Shown here: piece by piece, positions 36,086 through 46,726 of the stretch
How the letters are laid out: every line of letters starts with the position of its first letter
Numbering within the stretch: the first letter of the stretch is position 1
Assembly: GCA_038889075.1 (NCBI GenBank)
Contig: JAWAHS010000003.1
Location: forward strand, 113,719 to 177,718
DNA: 64,000 nt
Reading direction: 5' to 3'
DNA from: Ignisphaera sp.
GTDB lineage: Archaea > Thermoproteota > Thermoprotei_A > Sulfolobales > Ignisphaeraceae
Notes under the pieces: generated by a model
What the model was told of the DNA's origin: nothing
The model's input: only the letters and a program-made list of their open reading frames with translations
The model's database searches: none
Program-made: the position numbers and the translations under genes

Positions 36086-36524
36086 TTTTGTAATTCGTAA
36101 CGATACTTATCTATATAACTAATCGTAGCTGTAACCCCCATTCATTTTTACCACAATGATTAGTTTGCTTCATAATATTATAAGTTCTGATTGAATCATT
36201 CAAATCAAAATTAACTACATAAAGTACCTATACACTCAAAACATTACCTAGTACATCATTTAAGCAACGTTCTAATTTTGCAAGCTTACCGAACTATGTG
36301 TTCTTCTATTATCTACATCGTTCTCGGTTATGTAAGTAAATATTGTAATCATGTAACAATAAATTGCCAGGAGTTGAGACTCTCACCATTAAGATTGATT
36401 ATCAATAGAATAGAGGTATTTAAAGGTGTCGAAAAGTATGATCAACACATATTAATATTTTGAGTAATAGCATTCATATTGCTGATTATGTTATACACTC
36501 TAATTTTACCAAGTATTATAAATG

Positions 36525-37832
36525 CTATAATAGATCTGCTACCGAGGAAACGATATCCGTACCTTTGAAATATTTTATTATATGTTTATACATATTCCGT
36601 TCAATTTGTAGATCTCCAAATTCATCGAATTCTAGAGATGATAAAATAAAGCGTATAGTGAGTGGTTGTATCAAAAATACTTTCAATGCATAGTGTCTTA
36701 TCATTAACTCTTTTAGTACTTTCTTTACATTCTCAATGTCTAAATCATCGATGATGTCCATAAAAATTATCACGAGACACGATTCTGAACAGATTTTATT
36801 AGTAAGTTCATTTACGAACCAGTGTAGTATCCTATTTGCACTAGAATAACTTTTTCTGTCGACGGTTAACGGCCATGTAATCGACGATAGAACCTCATAG
36901 ATGTGCTTTAAATTATATTTTGTTACTTTATTTGAAATTATAACTTCTCTTTCAGTTGCAATACCTATGCCGAGATTCAGTCCGCTATTAGCAATTCTAG
37001 TTAAAAGATTTAGTACAATTCGTAGCAAATAGGTTATAGTAGGTGGTTCACCGGAGAAGAATCCATCATGAATTGATGCGATAAATAGTACATCCTTACA
37101 TAGATGTTTCTCAAATTCTTTAACCATAAGTTTTAAGGTTCGCGCGGTAGCCTTCCAATCTATTCTTCTATAATCATCTCCTGGTAGATACTCGCGTATC
37201 CCAAGTATATTCACCCCTATTCCTTTACGTTTGGAGAGATGGGCTTCGTAGCTAATATAAGGTATATCACTTTCTATATCCAATTCTATATGAGTCGGTC
37301 TAGGAATTATGTGAATTGGCAATGGTTTCGTCAAGATAATTTCAATCCTATAATTGATATAGGCAAAAGGATCTGAGAGAAATATCGCAAACCCTTTAAT
37401 CTGATGCTTTCCACAATAACCTTGTATCAGAATTTTTATTAAGAATACCTCCTTATTCTTCTTAGAATCGGCTTTCAAAATCCTTATACCTGAATCAGAA
37501 ATTGTTATAAGCTTTTTCATCTTCAATAATCTAAATAATCCATGCTCAAAACTTATCACAATACTAACCTGCTCGTCCTCTATAATGTTTAGAGAAGTGC
37601 AGTCTATAATGATGTCTCCAACATCGTTAACATTTTTCAAGATCATATATATGGATATTGGCAAGGCCACCATTCCTAGCATTACTATTGTAAATAAGGT
37701 AGTAATGCTAATATACAGTACTGTAGATATAATTGAAAATAGCGTAACTGTGAATGTTATTGGATAGAATCCTAAACCTCTATCACTATATATATTCATT
37801 CTGTAACTCTTGTTGGTTAATATCATTCTCAT
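36525..37832 (-). CDS. DUF58 domain membrane protein
   Basis: IREYLPGDDYRRIDWKATAR...LMVKEFE; downstream of MoxR. Confidence 0.88.
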   Translation of the reverse strand: MRMILTNKSYRMNIYSDRGLGFYPITFTVTLFSIISTVLYISITTLFTIVMLGMVALPISIYMILKNVNDVGDIIIDCTSLNIIEDEQVSIVISFEHGLFRLLKMKKLITISDSGIRILKADSKKNKEVFLIKILIQGYCGKHQIKGFAIFLSDPFAYINYRIEIILTKPLPIHIIPRPTHIELDIESDIPYISYEAHLSKRKGIGVNILGIREYLPGDDYRRIDWKATARTLKLMVKEFEKHLCKDVLFIASIHDGFFSGEPPTITYLLRIVLNLLTRIANSGLNLGIGIATEREVIISNKVTKYNLKHIYEVLSSITWPLTVDRKSYSSANRILHWFVNELTNKICSESCLVIIFMDIIDDLDIENVKKVLKELMIRHYALKVFLIQPLTIRFILSSLEFDEFGDLQIERNMYKHIIKYFKGTDIVSSVADLL

Positions 37833-37851
37833 ACTTCATCTTCCATGCCTT

Positions 37852-38802
37852 TTAAGGCTTAGGTATTTCTATGTGTGAAATTATTTCATTGACAACCCTT
37901 GCACCACTATAACCTTCTGCTAAGTATTCAGGCTTTAAGAATATCCTATGGGAAAGCGCTGGAATAGCGGCCATCTTAACGTCATCTGGTATAACATACC
38001 TCCGATCTTCAGATAACGCAAATTCCTTCGATAATGTGAGTAGCATTAGTGCTCCCCTGGGTGAAGCGCCCAGTCTAACAGCAGGGTGTTTATGGCTATA
38101 CTCTACTATTCTAGAAATATATTTTAGAATATCGTCATCTACATAAACATTGTCTATCTCCTCAGAAGCTTTGAAGATCTCATCTACTGTAACTACAGGT
38201 CTAAGCATCTCATATTCTCTTTCCAAAAGCTTATAGCTCTTCCTTAATAGCCGGATTAAGGAATCTCCATCAAGTGTGTTCATATATATCTTTATATAAA
38301 ACCTGTCTAATTGAGCCTCAGGCAATGGAAATGTTCCTTCCAATTCTATAGGATTTTGTGTGGCTAGTACTGAGAAGGGTTTAGGTAACCGTATTGTTTC
38401 GCCCTCAATTGTTATCTGCTTCTCCTGCATGGCTTCAAGTAAAGCAGCTTGAGCTCTAGGTGTTGCTCTATTAATTTCATCAACAAGGATGATGTTCGCA
38501 TATATAGGTCCTATTCTAACTTCAAACTCACCTGACTTTTGATTATATATTTTTGTACCTACCACATCAGAGGGTAGCAAATCTAAAGTACACTGTATCC
38601 TAGAAAATTTGAGATTCAATAACTTAGCTATAACCTTAGCTGTTAATGTTTTTGCTATACCTGGAACTCCCTCAATTAGTGCATGGCCGTCAGCTACCAC
38701 TGTAAATAATATCAGCTTTACATGCTCCTCCCTATTCACTAAAACCCTTGTAGATTCCTCAACAACTCTTGACAATATCCTATAAAATACTGTCATAATC
38801 AT
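37852..38802 (-). CDS. moxR: MoxR family AAA+ ATPase
   Basis: EGVPGIAKT, DLLPSD, DEINRA, ATQNPIELEGTFPLPEAQLDRF, SPRG. Confidence 0.95.
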   Translation of the reverse strand: MIMTVFYRILSRVVEESTRVLVNREEHVKLILFTVVADGHALIEGVPGIAKTLTAKVIAKLLNLKFSRIQCTLDLLPSDVVGTKIYNQKSGEFEVRIGPIYANIILVDEINRATPRAQAALLEAMQEKQITIEGETIRLPKPFSVLATQNPIELEGTFPLPEAQLDRFYIKIYMNTLDGDSLIRLLRKSYKLLEREYEMLRPVVTVDEIFKASEEIDNVYVDDDILKYISRIVEYSHKHPAVRLGASPRGALMLLTLSKEFALSEDRRYVIPDDVKMAAIPALSHRIFLKPEYLAEGYSGARVVNEIISHIEIPKP

Positions 38803-39161
38803 TCACACAAAAGTACACTATGTTTATAGAGGTAATAGCCTTATAATCATTCGATCCATGATGTGCCAACTTTGTGTATGATCACGTTTGTATGTATAAA
38901 GGCCGCTAATTTATGCCAATTTAATTAGTCAATTAAATTTATTCTCTGACTATTTAACTTGTAATAGCTACAGCAACGTTTAAAACATTCATAACCTTCT
39001 TCAAGTTCAGCTTGCCTTTAAAGCTCAAGGTACTTAAATTCAAAGCCTCAATATACAACCTATTACGTATATCAAATCTTTAATTATTAGCTAGATTTAA
39101 AATCTTGTTTAAATGTCTGTATATAACGAGGACTAGTAAGATAATCTCATGGGTACCTAGT

Positions 39162-40985
39162 TTGAAAATTAAATTAATGCTAGCCATATTGATTCTAGTT
39201 ACTATGAACCTTAACGTAATTTCTTCTGTTAGTACCCTAAAAATCGAAAGGCATTCAAAACTTCTTGGAGACCTGGTATACACCGAGATCTATTCCTATG
39301 AATCGTTCATCAAATGGCTTAACGAAACCGGACTCCTATATATAAATATCATAGAGAATCCATTGGAAGATGGTCTATCATTAATAGATAGAGAAAAGGC
39401 CCATAGCGTACTTGATAGAATATTTAATGATGGCAAAATTGCGATGTTTGTAGGAGGGATACATTTGAGAATGTTAAAAAAATATGCCGGATTAGAACCT
39501 ATTATCAATGAATCGGATATCGCAAACCTAATTACGGCTATAATAAGGGGTAGTAATATAACATTAAATAAGGCTCGCTGTGATAACGTTTTAATCAAAT
39601 TCATTGTCTATACAATCTACACTTCCAGTAGCAACGAAGCTACAGCCCCTATGTGTAAATGGGATATTGGAGACCTAGAGCTCTATGCTAAATATATTCT
39701 AGATCTAGGTTTAGAGAGTCCCAATTTAAATGTAAATGAAAGAATCGTAAGTATCATTAAATATCTATACATTCTTAGAATTGCAGCAGGAAGTGGTAGT
39801 ATAGATAGACGGCTACTAAGTAGTATAATAGAAGAGATCTCCATAAAATACTCACTTGTGACAGCTTTATTTATGAATACGTTTATACATGGTTATAATT
39901 TGAAAATTACGGACCGTAAGCCAGTGGATAGAGTATTTGAGACTGTTACTCCAACTACTTTTTCTACCATTATAAATACTGTAAACAGTGATCATACAGA
40001 TCTAGCAGAACTATTAGCAAAGGCTTTACTAATTATTAAAAAACTTAAAGAGGAAGGCATTAATATTGAAAACTTGGATATATTTAGTTTAATAGATACT
40101 TTAATGAGTATCAATATAAAGGAATATTCTATTATTATAGAGAATGTAGATAGCATAATAGATGCTACTAGTAAAAATGCTACGTACGAATCGCACATCC
40201 AGGTACATGATACATCATATATTCAGTCTAATGAAATTTACATTGATAACCAAGTGTATTACACAGAAACATTTTGGTATAATTATGCAAGTGATGCAAT
40301 GTTAACGCAATACGGTGAGTTCGGAGAACCCTTGATAAATATAGACAAAGTATTAAATATAAATGAGCCTTCTATTATAAGTAGCCAATCTTTAACGGAG
40401 TTGCTTAAAAAAGATTTCATAAAAGAGGTAATTGAATATTCTAATAAGCCTAGCCTTGAAATATTGAACACAAAAATTATATATACCTCCCCCATTGTAG
40501 CTCGACAATCTCTCTCCAACATAACAGTCTTGAGTAGAGAATTACATACATTGCTATTTATCATTGTATTAATAGTCATAGGGTCAATACTTTCAACAAT
40601 ATTGATCAATGTAAAAATAAAATCCTTTTTTGGACAATTAATTCGCATACCAAGAGATTCTTCTAGAAGTAAGGTAATGAATATAAAATCTGATAGTATT
40701 AAAGTAAGAATATTTGCAGAGTTCTGGAACACTATGTGCAGATTTGCAAAAGAGTTCAATCTAAAAATTGAAGATTCGTATACTCATAGAGAGATCAAAC
40801 AGAAACTTATTGGCGTAATTGGTGTAAATAGAATAAGAGTACTATTAGAACGTATAACGTACCTTTACGAAGTGCTAAGGTACGGCAACATAGAGAACGA
40901 TGAATTATTAGAGGAATTGGCAAAAAATCTATCTACTATAGAGAACTTTCCATTGATTGCGGAAGATCAATCTGATAGAAATTGA
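39162..40985 (+). CDS. Membrane-anchored protein with C-terminal DUF4129-like domain
   Basis: Signal-like N-terminus, TM near C-terminus, SYTHRE...ITYLYEVLRYG motif; MoxR context; start uncertain. Confidence 0.65.
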   Translation: MKIKLMLAILILVTMNLNVISSVSTLKIERHSKLLGDLVYTEIYSYESFIKWLNETGLLYINIIENPLEDGLSLIDREKAHSVLDRIFNDGKIAMFVGGIHLRMLKKYAGLEPIINESDIANLITAIIRGSNITLNKARCDNVLIKFIVYTIYTSSSNEATAPMCKWDIGDLELYAKYILDLGLESPNLNVNERIVSIIKYLYILRIAAGSGSIDRRLLSSIIEEISIKYSLVTALFMNTFIHGYNLKITDRKPVDRVFETVTPTTFSTIINTVNSDHTDLAELLAKALLIIKKLKEEGINIENLDIFSLIDTLMSINIKEYSIIIENVDSIIDATSKNATYESHIQVHDTSYIQSNEIYIDNQVYYTETFWYNYASDAMLTQYGEFGEPLINIDKVLNINEPSIISSQSLTELLKKDFIKEVIEYSNKPSLEILNTKIIYTSPIVARQSLSNITVLSRELHTLLFIIVLIVIGSILSTILINVKIKSFFGQLIRIPRDSSRSKVMNIKSDSIKVRIFAEFWNTMCRFAKEFNLKIEDSYTHREIKQKLIGVIGVNRIRVLLERITYLYEVLRYGNIENDELLEELAKNLSTIENFPLIAEDQSDRN

Positions 40986-41506
40986 ATAGATGGGTGCTAA
41001 CAATGATATACAAACCGTTACTCTATACAGTCCTAGCCTCGCTTTTGTTTTCATCTATTATAATAATACTGGATCGAAATCCAGTTGAATTGATTATTCT
41101 ATATATAGTTTGGTTTATAGTAATGTATATGCTATTTTATATTTGGTTTAGTATCAAATTAGATATTCCATCAAGCTTGTCGATCGTGAAACTCCCTATA
41201 ATAAAAATTGGGTTCAATAATGATTTCTATATGAAGGCCGTGGAATTCTCCATATGGAGTATATTATCCAATGTTATAATGGAGATTTTTAGTGTTCCTC
41301 TATGGCAATATCTACTATTGTTGATGCTACTTTTTATTATATATAAAGTAGCATCAAAGACGCCAATAAAAAGAATACACAGATATACCGCATTACTAAG
41401 CCTGTTCATGATTTTATATCTCTTTGGATACCTTAGCACCTATTCCTTTAGTAGATTAAATGATTACTTTGAATTCATAGAGGGTCTTGCACATGGAGTT
41501 GAATGA
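40982..41506 (+). CDS. Hypothetical multi-pass membrane protein
   Basis: About 5 hydrophobic segments; overlaps neighbours in operon. Confidence 0.6.
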   Translation: MNRWVLTMIYKPLLYTVLASLLFSSIIIILDRNPVELIILYIVWFIVMYMLFYIWFSIKLDIPSSLSIVKLPIIKIGFNNDFYMKAVEFSIWSILSNVIMEIFSVPLWQYLLLLMLLFIIYKVASKTPIKRIHRYTALLSLFMILYLFGYLSTYSFSRLNDYFEFIEGLAHGVE

Positions 41507-41663
41507 GAGAATCTTTAACATACTGATAATAGTTACGATAATTTTATTCATTAGCTCAGTTGTATTAGCTACGCTACAGAGATACGTAGCTGCGGTGTTT
41601 GCAATACTCTCAGGTCTTGTACTAATATCGTTTGTAAGTGAGATACGAAGTGAAGGAAAATGA
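41493..41663 (+). CDS. 56-aa two-TM membrane protein (below ORF-track cutoff)
   Basis: MELNERIFNILIIVTIILFISSVVLATLQRYVAAVFAILSGLVLISFVSEIRSEGK; SD GAGGGT; stop overlaps next ATG (ATGA). Confidence 0.65.
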   Translation: MELNERIFNILIIVTIILFISSVVLATLQRYVAAVFAILSGLVLISFVSEIRSEGK

Positions 41664-42847
41664 AATTAAAGACCTTCATATTATTAATAATCATTGTTAT
41701 AATCTTCTTTCAAGCTCTTGAAAAAGAGTGCCGTGGTCTAACATATACAGGTGCGTCTCCTTATAATAGCAACTGGGATGGTACAGCATTGCTACTAAAA
41801 GTCTATCGTGAATCGTATGGAAATGTTGTAATTATTGATAACTGGCTTTCCCTATACCTAGGAAGACATAATAAGGATTCCTGTAATATTCTGCTAATAG
41901 TCTCTCCAGAAAAGAGGTACTCACTTCTAGAAAAGTTTATCATATATAAACTTGTATATGAGGAGGGTTATAGTATCGTCATCTTTGACGAGGGACCCTA
42001 CTCAAGCGAATTATTATCGTATTTAAACGTACCTGTATTTATTAGAGGCTACAATTATATTAAGAGTGTCAGTGGTTCACCAATAGTCCAAGGTAAAGTA
42101 TTATTAAACAATACGACAATTTCACTACTTTTTGCATATGTTTCACCAATAACTATTTATGATGAAAATACATGTAAGGCGATAGCGTTTATCAAGGATA
42201 CCGTTGTCGGTGCCACATGTAATATAGGTGGTAAGAGATTCTTGGTAATGGGCGATGGTTCAATTGTAACCAATTCTGTACTCATATACGAATCCGTTTT
42301 GAATCCCTATGTTATCCTCTCAAAATATGTTGTACTATCTATATGTAATGCTAGCAATGATATCACTATATATATAGATTCTACAAAATATAGAATGAGA
42401 TTAGCTACGATAGAGGAATTAATGGAACTGGGCTACGGTCCGGAAACTATTCTCAGTATATTACTAAATCCATCGAGATACATTTCTGTTCTATTATTAT
42501 ATATTGATGAATACTCCCCCGGCACTTTTATTCTATATTTTATAGTACTTGCTTTTGTTCTAATTACTATACTAGCTAACAGAATATTATTTGGGGATAA
42601 AAGTAGGCTGTATAGTCAATCAAAGTTATTAGAAGGCAATACATATAGAAGTATGAATAGAAAGAATGTGGATGATATAATTAGGATTGCATGCAATATT
42701 ATAAAGGAATTCAAAGAAGATAGAAAGTACAAAATTAAATGTAAATGCAAATTTAAGGGATTTAGAAAGGATGCATGTCTAAAGGAGTTTAAAAGCTTGA
42801 TTGATAATGATAAAGAATTGAGGAAACGCATACTGTACGCTATGTAA
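41660..42847 (+). CDS. DUF4350-like membrane-anchored protein
   Basis: SPYNSNWDGT, LLIVSPEKRYS, GDGSIVTN; MoxR cluster context. Confidence 0.7.
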   Translation: MKLKTFILLIIIVIIFFQALEKECRGLTYTGASPYNSNWDGTALLLKVYRESYGNVVIIDNWLSLYLGRHNKDSCNILLIVSPEKRYSLLEKFIIYKLVYEEGYSIVIFDEGPYSSELLSYLNVPVFIRGYNYIKSVSGSPIVQGKVLLNNTTISLLFAYVSPITIYDENTCKAIAFIKDTVVGATCNIGGKRFLVMGDGSIVTNSVLIYESVLNPYVILSKYVVLSICNASNDITIYIDSTKYRMRLATIEELMELGYGPETILSILLNPSRYISVLLLYIDEYSPGTFILYFIVLAFVLITILANRILFGDKSRLYSQSKLLEGNTYRSMNRKNVDDIIRIACNIIKEFKEDRKYKIKCKCKFKGFRKDACLKEFKSLIDNDKELRKRILYAM

Positions 42848-42931
42848 AAATACTACAATTACCACTTTAGCCAACTACCAAAATATTTATTAATATCTTA
42901 TCTGTACAAGGATATTACCTAGGGAATAGAG

Positions 42932-43351
42932 ATGGCGTTCAGAAATGAAAAAGCCGAGCCCTTGCCAAGTAAGCTGAGAAGAGGTATCTGGATAGAAGGC
43001 GATACAATGTACGTAGCAGGTGAAGAATTCATAGAAAAAGTTGCAAGTGCGTTGGCATCCATAACTCGCCTAAGAATTCTTGGACTAGCATTTAAAGAAG
43101 ATATGGGTATCGAAGATCTCGCCTCCAGATTAAGCCAGAGTAAAGCCAACATAAGTACACATGTAAAACGTCTCGAAGAGGCTAACATAGTCAGACCAGT
43201 TTATTTACCTGGTCAACGTGGCGTAAAGAAGATAACCAAGCCTACAATTAAAGAAATAAGGATACTCCTATCAGCATTAGCTGAAGAAGTCGAGGAGCGT
43301 ATGAAGGAGGCTCCTTTACCTCCAGAGGAGGTGGCTGAAAATGATATTTAA
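42932..43351 (+). CDS. ArsR-family HTH transcriptional regulator
   Basis: ALASITRLRIL...SKANISTHVKRLEEANIV...PGQRGVKK. Confidence 0.85.
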   Translation: MAFRNEKAEPLPSKLRRGIWIEGDTMYVAGEEFIEKVASALASITRLRILGLAFKEDMGIEDLASRLSQSKANISTHVKRLEEANIVRPVYLPGQRGVKKITKPTIKEIRILLSALAEEVEERMKEAPLPPEEVAENDI

Positions 43352-43447
43352 ATTAATAAATCATATTTTACGTTCACCATTATAAAAGCATAATGCTTTA
43401 TTAGCTATTTACATATCGTTCATCAAGACAGTGTATACTATCCATGG

Positions 43448-43633
43448 TTACTGACATTTATAATCAGATGGTAACAATGCTCTAAATTTCTGTCCTGTCT
43501 TTGAATTCATAAAAAGACCTATCTTGATGTATTTTCCTAAATGATTCCTTATTATATATACCTTCTCAGGTGCTTGGGTAACAATAGTATGCTGTATGGG
43601 ATCCTTTAAACTTACAGTATTCTTACATACCAT
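43448..43633 (-). CDS. cren7: Cren7-family chromatin protein, divergent
   Basis: PEKV...KIGLF...TGQKFRALLPSDY matches Cren7 fold motifs; SD AGGTGA before ATG at 43633. Confidence 0.75.
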   Translation of the reverse strand: MVCKNTVSLKDPIQHTIVTQAPEKVYIIRNHLGKYIKIGLFMNSKTGQKFRALLPSDYKCQ

Positions 43634-43799
43634 GAGTTTCTTCACCTAGCCGTGTTTAGATTTTGTTGTAAATAGATTCTATATAACCCTTATCAATCCT
43701 CGTAGAGTTAGGGTAAATAAACTTTAGCGTTACATTTATTATTGCAATTGCCGTAAATAGTTTTTGAGCAGAACTTCATGCTTATAATTTCACAAGGAG

Positions 43800-44378
43800 A
43801 TGGTCATGAGTATGCGAGCATTTATAGCAGTTGAAATAGAGGATAAAGATACGTTAATAAACATTATAAGGATTAGAGATGCGTTAGTGAATCTGGGGCT
43901 AGATATAAAACCTGTTGAAGACGAGAATCTCCATATTACCATGAGATTTCTAGGAGAGATTTCTAGCCATACAATAGAAGGAATCAAAAAGATACTGTCG
44001 TCCATCCCTTCAATTATAAAAAGCTTTTCAATAACAGTAAAGGGTATAGGTGCGTTTCCCAGTATATCGAGACCTAGAGTAATATGGGTGGGTATAGTAG
44101 ACGGTGCAGATAAATTGACACTAATAAGGAACTATATCGACAGAGAGATAGCTAGAATGAAGCTGAACGAAGTACACAGAGACCAGCATGATTTTTCACC
44201 ACATATAACATTAGCACGCATAAAGAGTTTTAAAAATATTGAAAAATTCAAAGAATTCTATAACGGATATCAGGATTACTTATTTGGAACATCGCCGGTA
44301 TCGCTAATCAAACTTAAACAGAGTATACTAACACCTCAAGGTCCAATATATAAAGACATATATTACATAAGAATATAG
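43800..44378 (+). CDS. thpR: RNA 2',3'-cyclic phosphodiesterase (2'-5' RNA ligase, 2H family)
   Basis: MRAFIAV, two HxT motifs (HITMRF, PHITLAR), GPIY. Confidence 0.92.
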   Translation: MVMSMRAFIAVEIEDKDTLINIIRIRDALVNLGLDIKPVEDENLHITMRFLGEISSHTIEGIKKILSSIPSIIKSFSITVKGIGAFPSISRPRVIWVGIVDGADKLTLIRNYIDREIARMKLNEVHRDQHDFSPHITLARIKSFKNIEKFKEFYNGYQDYLFGTSPVSLIKLKQSILTPQGPIYKDIYYIRI

Positions 44379-44416
44379 CATAAAATTGATAGGTATACCT
44401 TTAACAAAGGTTAAAT

Positions 44417-45832
44417 ATGATGACTATAAATGTAGAGGACATATTTAGAAATATTCTTCGGATGATAAAACCTGATGAAAATGAACGAAAATACCTTTAT
44501 GAACTCTTTAATAAGATTAGGAGAAATTTAGAAGCCTGCCTTCTCAATACTAATAAAAGTTTCAATATAACACTCCAAGGTTCACTAGCAAAAGACACCT
44601 TCATTAAGGGACATGTTGATATAGATATATTCGTACTGTTTCAACCCTTTGAGGTAGACAATGAATGGATCAACAAAACATTTATATCGTTAATTCTAGG
44701 GTGTCTTCAAAATGATTATAAGCTAGTGGTAAAATATGCTTCTCATCCATATGTAACAGCATATGTAAATGATGTTGAAATTAACATAGTTCCAGCTTAC
44801 AACATAGAATCGCCAAATAACATCATATCTGCTGTTGATAGAACTCCTTTTCATACCAAGTACATAATCTCAAAATTAAATGACACTCTAAAGGATGAGA
44901 TAAGAATTCTAAAGTATTTTCTAGCGGTATGGAATTTATATGGTGCTGAAATAAACATTCAAGGCTTTTCTGGTTATTTAACAGAGCTTCTTATACTGAA
45001 ATATGGTGGCTTTCTAAATCTTTTAAAAGAATCCCAAAAATGGAAGGCTTATAAGGTCTGTATAGATATCGAGAGGCATTATAAGGATGAAAAAGAATGT
45101 CTAAGAATGTTTAGAAATGATGTATTAGTAGTTGTAGACCCTATCGACCCTAAGAGAAATGTGGCGGCTGCTGTATCATTGAAAACGTTTTCTATTTTTA
45201 AACTATTAGCTAAACTCTTTCTTGAGAAGCCATCGCAAAAGTTCTTCGATAAAAAGCAGGAGGAAATATTTTTAGATATAGATTATATTAGTAATTATGC
45301 AAAAGAGAGAATAAGATCTACTGAAAGTTGTTTGGTTGGAATCGAGTTAGAGATAACTAAACCAATACCTGACATAGTTTGGGGTCAATTAAATAGGATA
45401 GAACGAATTATTAAGAATGTTTTCAAATCACACGGAATCAAATCGATATACATAGATACTTGGATTGATAACGAATTTAGAAGAGCAATAATAATGATTG
45501 AAGTATTTAACTGTAATATCAACTATGAATTCAGAAAAGGCCCCCCTAGTTACATTACTGATGAGGCAGTAAACTTCATCGTTAAAAATAAGGATGCTCT
45601 TGCAGGACCCTGGCTCGACGATGATGGGATACTATATTGTATTAAAAAGCGTAGATATAGACCGTCAGAAATAGTTGCACTAGCCCTTAGAGACTTAATT
45701 TTATCATCACTAAAAATCGTAAGATATGTAGAGTCCATGGATGCTCTACCCCTATATAATGCCGATTTTAGACGATGGTTTAAGCAGTTTTTAGATAGAA
45801 AAATATTCAAAAGTATTATTGAACTACTTTGA
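44417..45832 (+). CDS. cca: CCA tRNA nucleotidyltransferase (archaeal class I)
   Basis: GSLAKDT...DIDIF, YASHPY, AVDRTPFHT, GFSGYLTELL, DPIDPKRNVAAA. Confidence 0.95.
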   Translation: MMTINVEDIFRNILRMIKPDENERKYLYELFNKIRRNLEACLLNTNKSFNITLQGSLAKDTFIKGHVDIDIFVLFQPFEVDNEWINKTFISLILGCLQNDYKLVVKYASHPYVTAYVNDVEINIVPAYNIESPNNIISAVDRTPFHTKYIISKLNDTLKDEIRILKYFLAVWNLYGAEINIQGFSGYLTELLILKYGGFLNLLKESQKWKAYKVCIDIERHYKDEKECLRMFRNDVLVVVDPIDPKRNVAAAVSLKTFSIFKLLAKLFLEKPSQKFFDKKQEEIFLDIDYISNYAKERIRSTESCLVGIELEITKPIPDIVWGQLNRIERIIKNVFKSHGIKSIYIDTWIDNEFRRAIIMIEVFNCNINYEFRKGPPSYITDEAVNFIVKNKDALAGPWLDDDGILYCIKKRRYRPSEIVALALRDLILSSLKIVRYVESMDALPLYNADFRRWFKQFLDRKIFKSIIELL

Positions 45833-46015
45833 TAATGCAATGACGATATTACTTAGACTTACCCTGGATTCGATACTTCTGCCACAATTCGGGCAAATAC
45901 CACCAATCCTTACTGTAAGTTCCGAAGGTGATGGAACTCCATAATAATCTTGTCCAGCCCTAATGAATGCAAAAACTACACTATTACACTTATGGCATCT
46001 ATATACTATGGGCAT
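45824..46015 (-). CDS. Small zinc-finger protein
   Basis: MPIVYRCHKC...GVPSPSE...CPNCG; SD GAGGGTG before ATG at 46015. Confidence 0.7.
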   Translation of the reverse strand: MPIVYRCHKCNSVVFAFIRAGQDYYGVPSPSELTVRIGGICPNCGRSIESRVSLSNIVIALSK

Positions 46016-46244
46016 CTCATACACCCTCTAGCGAAAATATTTGTACTTCTTATACACTAGTAGAGTTATCCATAAGTAATACTTTACATCATGTATGTAC
46101 TATTCAACAAAGAATTAGTTATACTAGAAGTGAAAAAGTTTATATAAATTTATTTTGGTATTACTTCACAAAAACTTTATAAAGCACTCATAAATATAGC
46201 AAGGTATCCTATGTCAATTCTTACCAGAAGTTGTAATTAATTAG

Positions 46245-46335
<91 letters not shown>

Positions 46336-46391
46336 ACGCAGTGCTATATCGCCCTACTATACGTGCACATATTTGTCCTCTTTAAAATATT

Positions 46392-46658
46392 CTATATTTT
46401 AATTACTTTTATTTCTTTAGCTACACTACATTGCTCCAGTTCTCTTCTCCAGATTAATGATGGTGTCCACATGATCCAAGCTGGCACCTTCTTTATAAAT
46501 TCGTATGCTTCCATCCAGTCACTAAGTTTAAGCTCCTCTGCTAATTTTTCTAAATTCATTTCTGTCTTTGCATATATGTTTAATATTTTTACAACCTTAT
46601 CATCTACTTCTATTTCTTTATCACCCACCTTTATTACATATTTAAAACATACTGACAT
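46392..46658 (-). CDS. Conserved-looking hypothetical protein with HTH-like segment
   Basis: NLEKLAEELKLSDWMEAYEFIKKVPAWI; SD AAGGT; downstream of mcm. Confidence 0.7.
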   Translation of the reverse strand: MSVCFKYVIKVGDKEIEVDDKVVKILNIYAKTEMNLEKLAEELKLSDWMEAYEFIKKVPAWIMWTPSLIWRRELEQCSVAKEIKVIKI

Positions 46659-46726
46659 TGTTGATACCTTCTTTTGACTTTATTAATATGATTTCACTTA
46701 GAGGTATAAAAGTTATTATTATTACT

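Noticed and set aside
36278-36693. Two short plus-strand ORFs
   Set aside because: No SD or motifs; one overlaps the DUF58 gene antisense.
43385-43399. AAAGCAT-A-ATGCTTT palindrome
   Set aside because: Short and AT-rich between convergent genes; plausible by chance.
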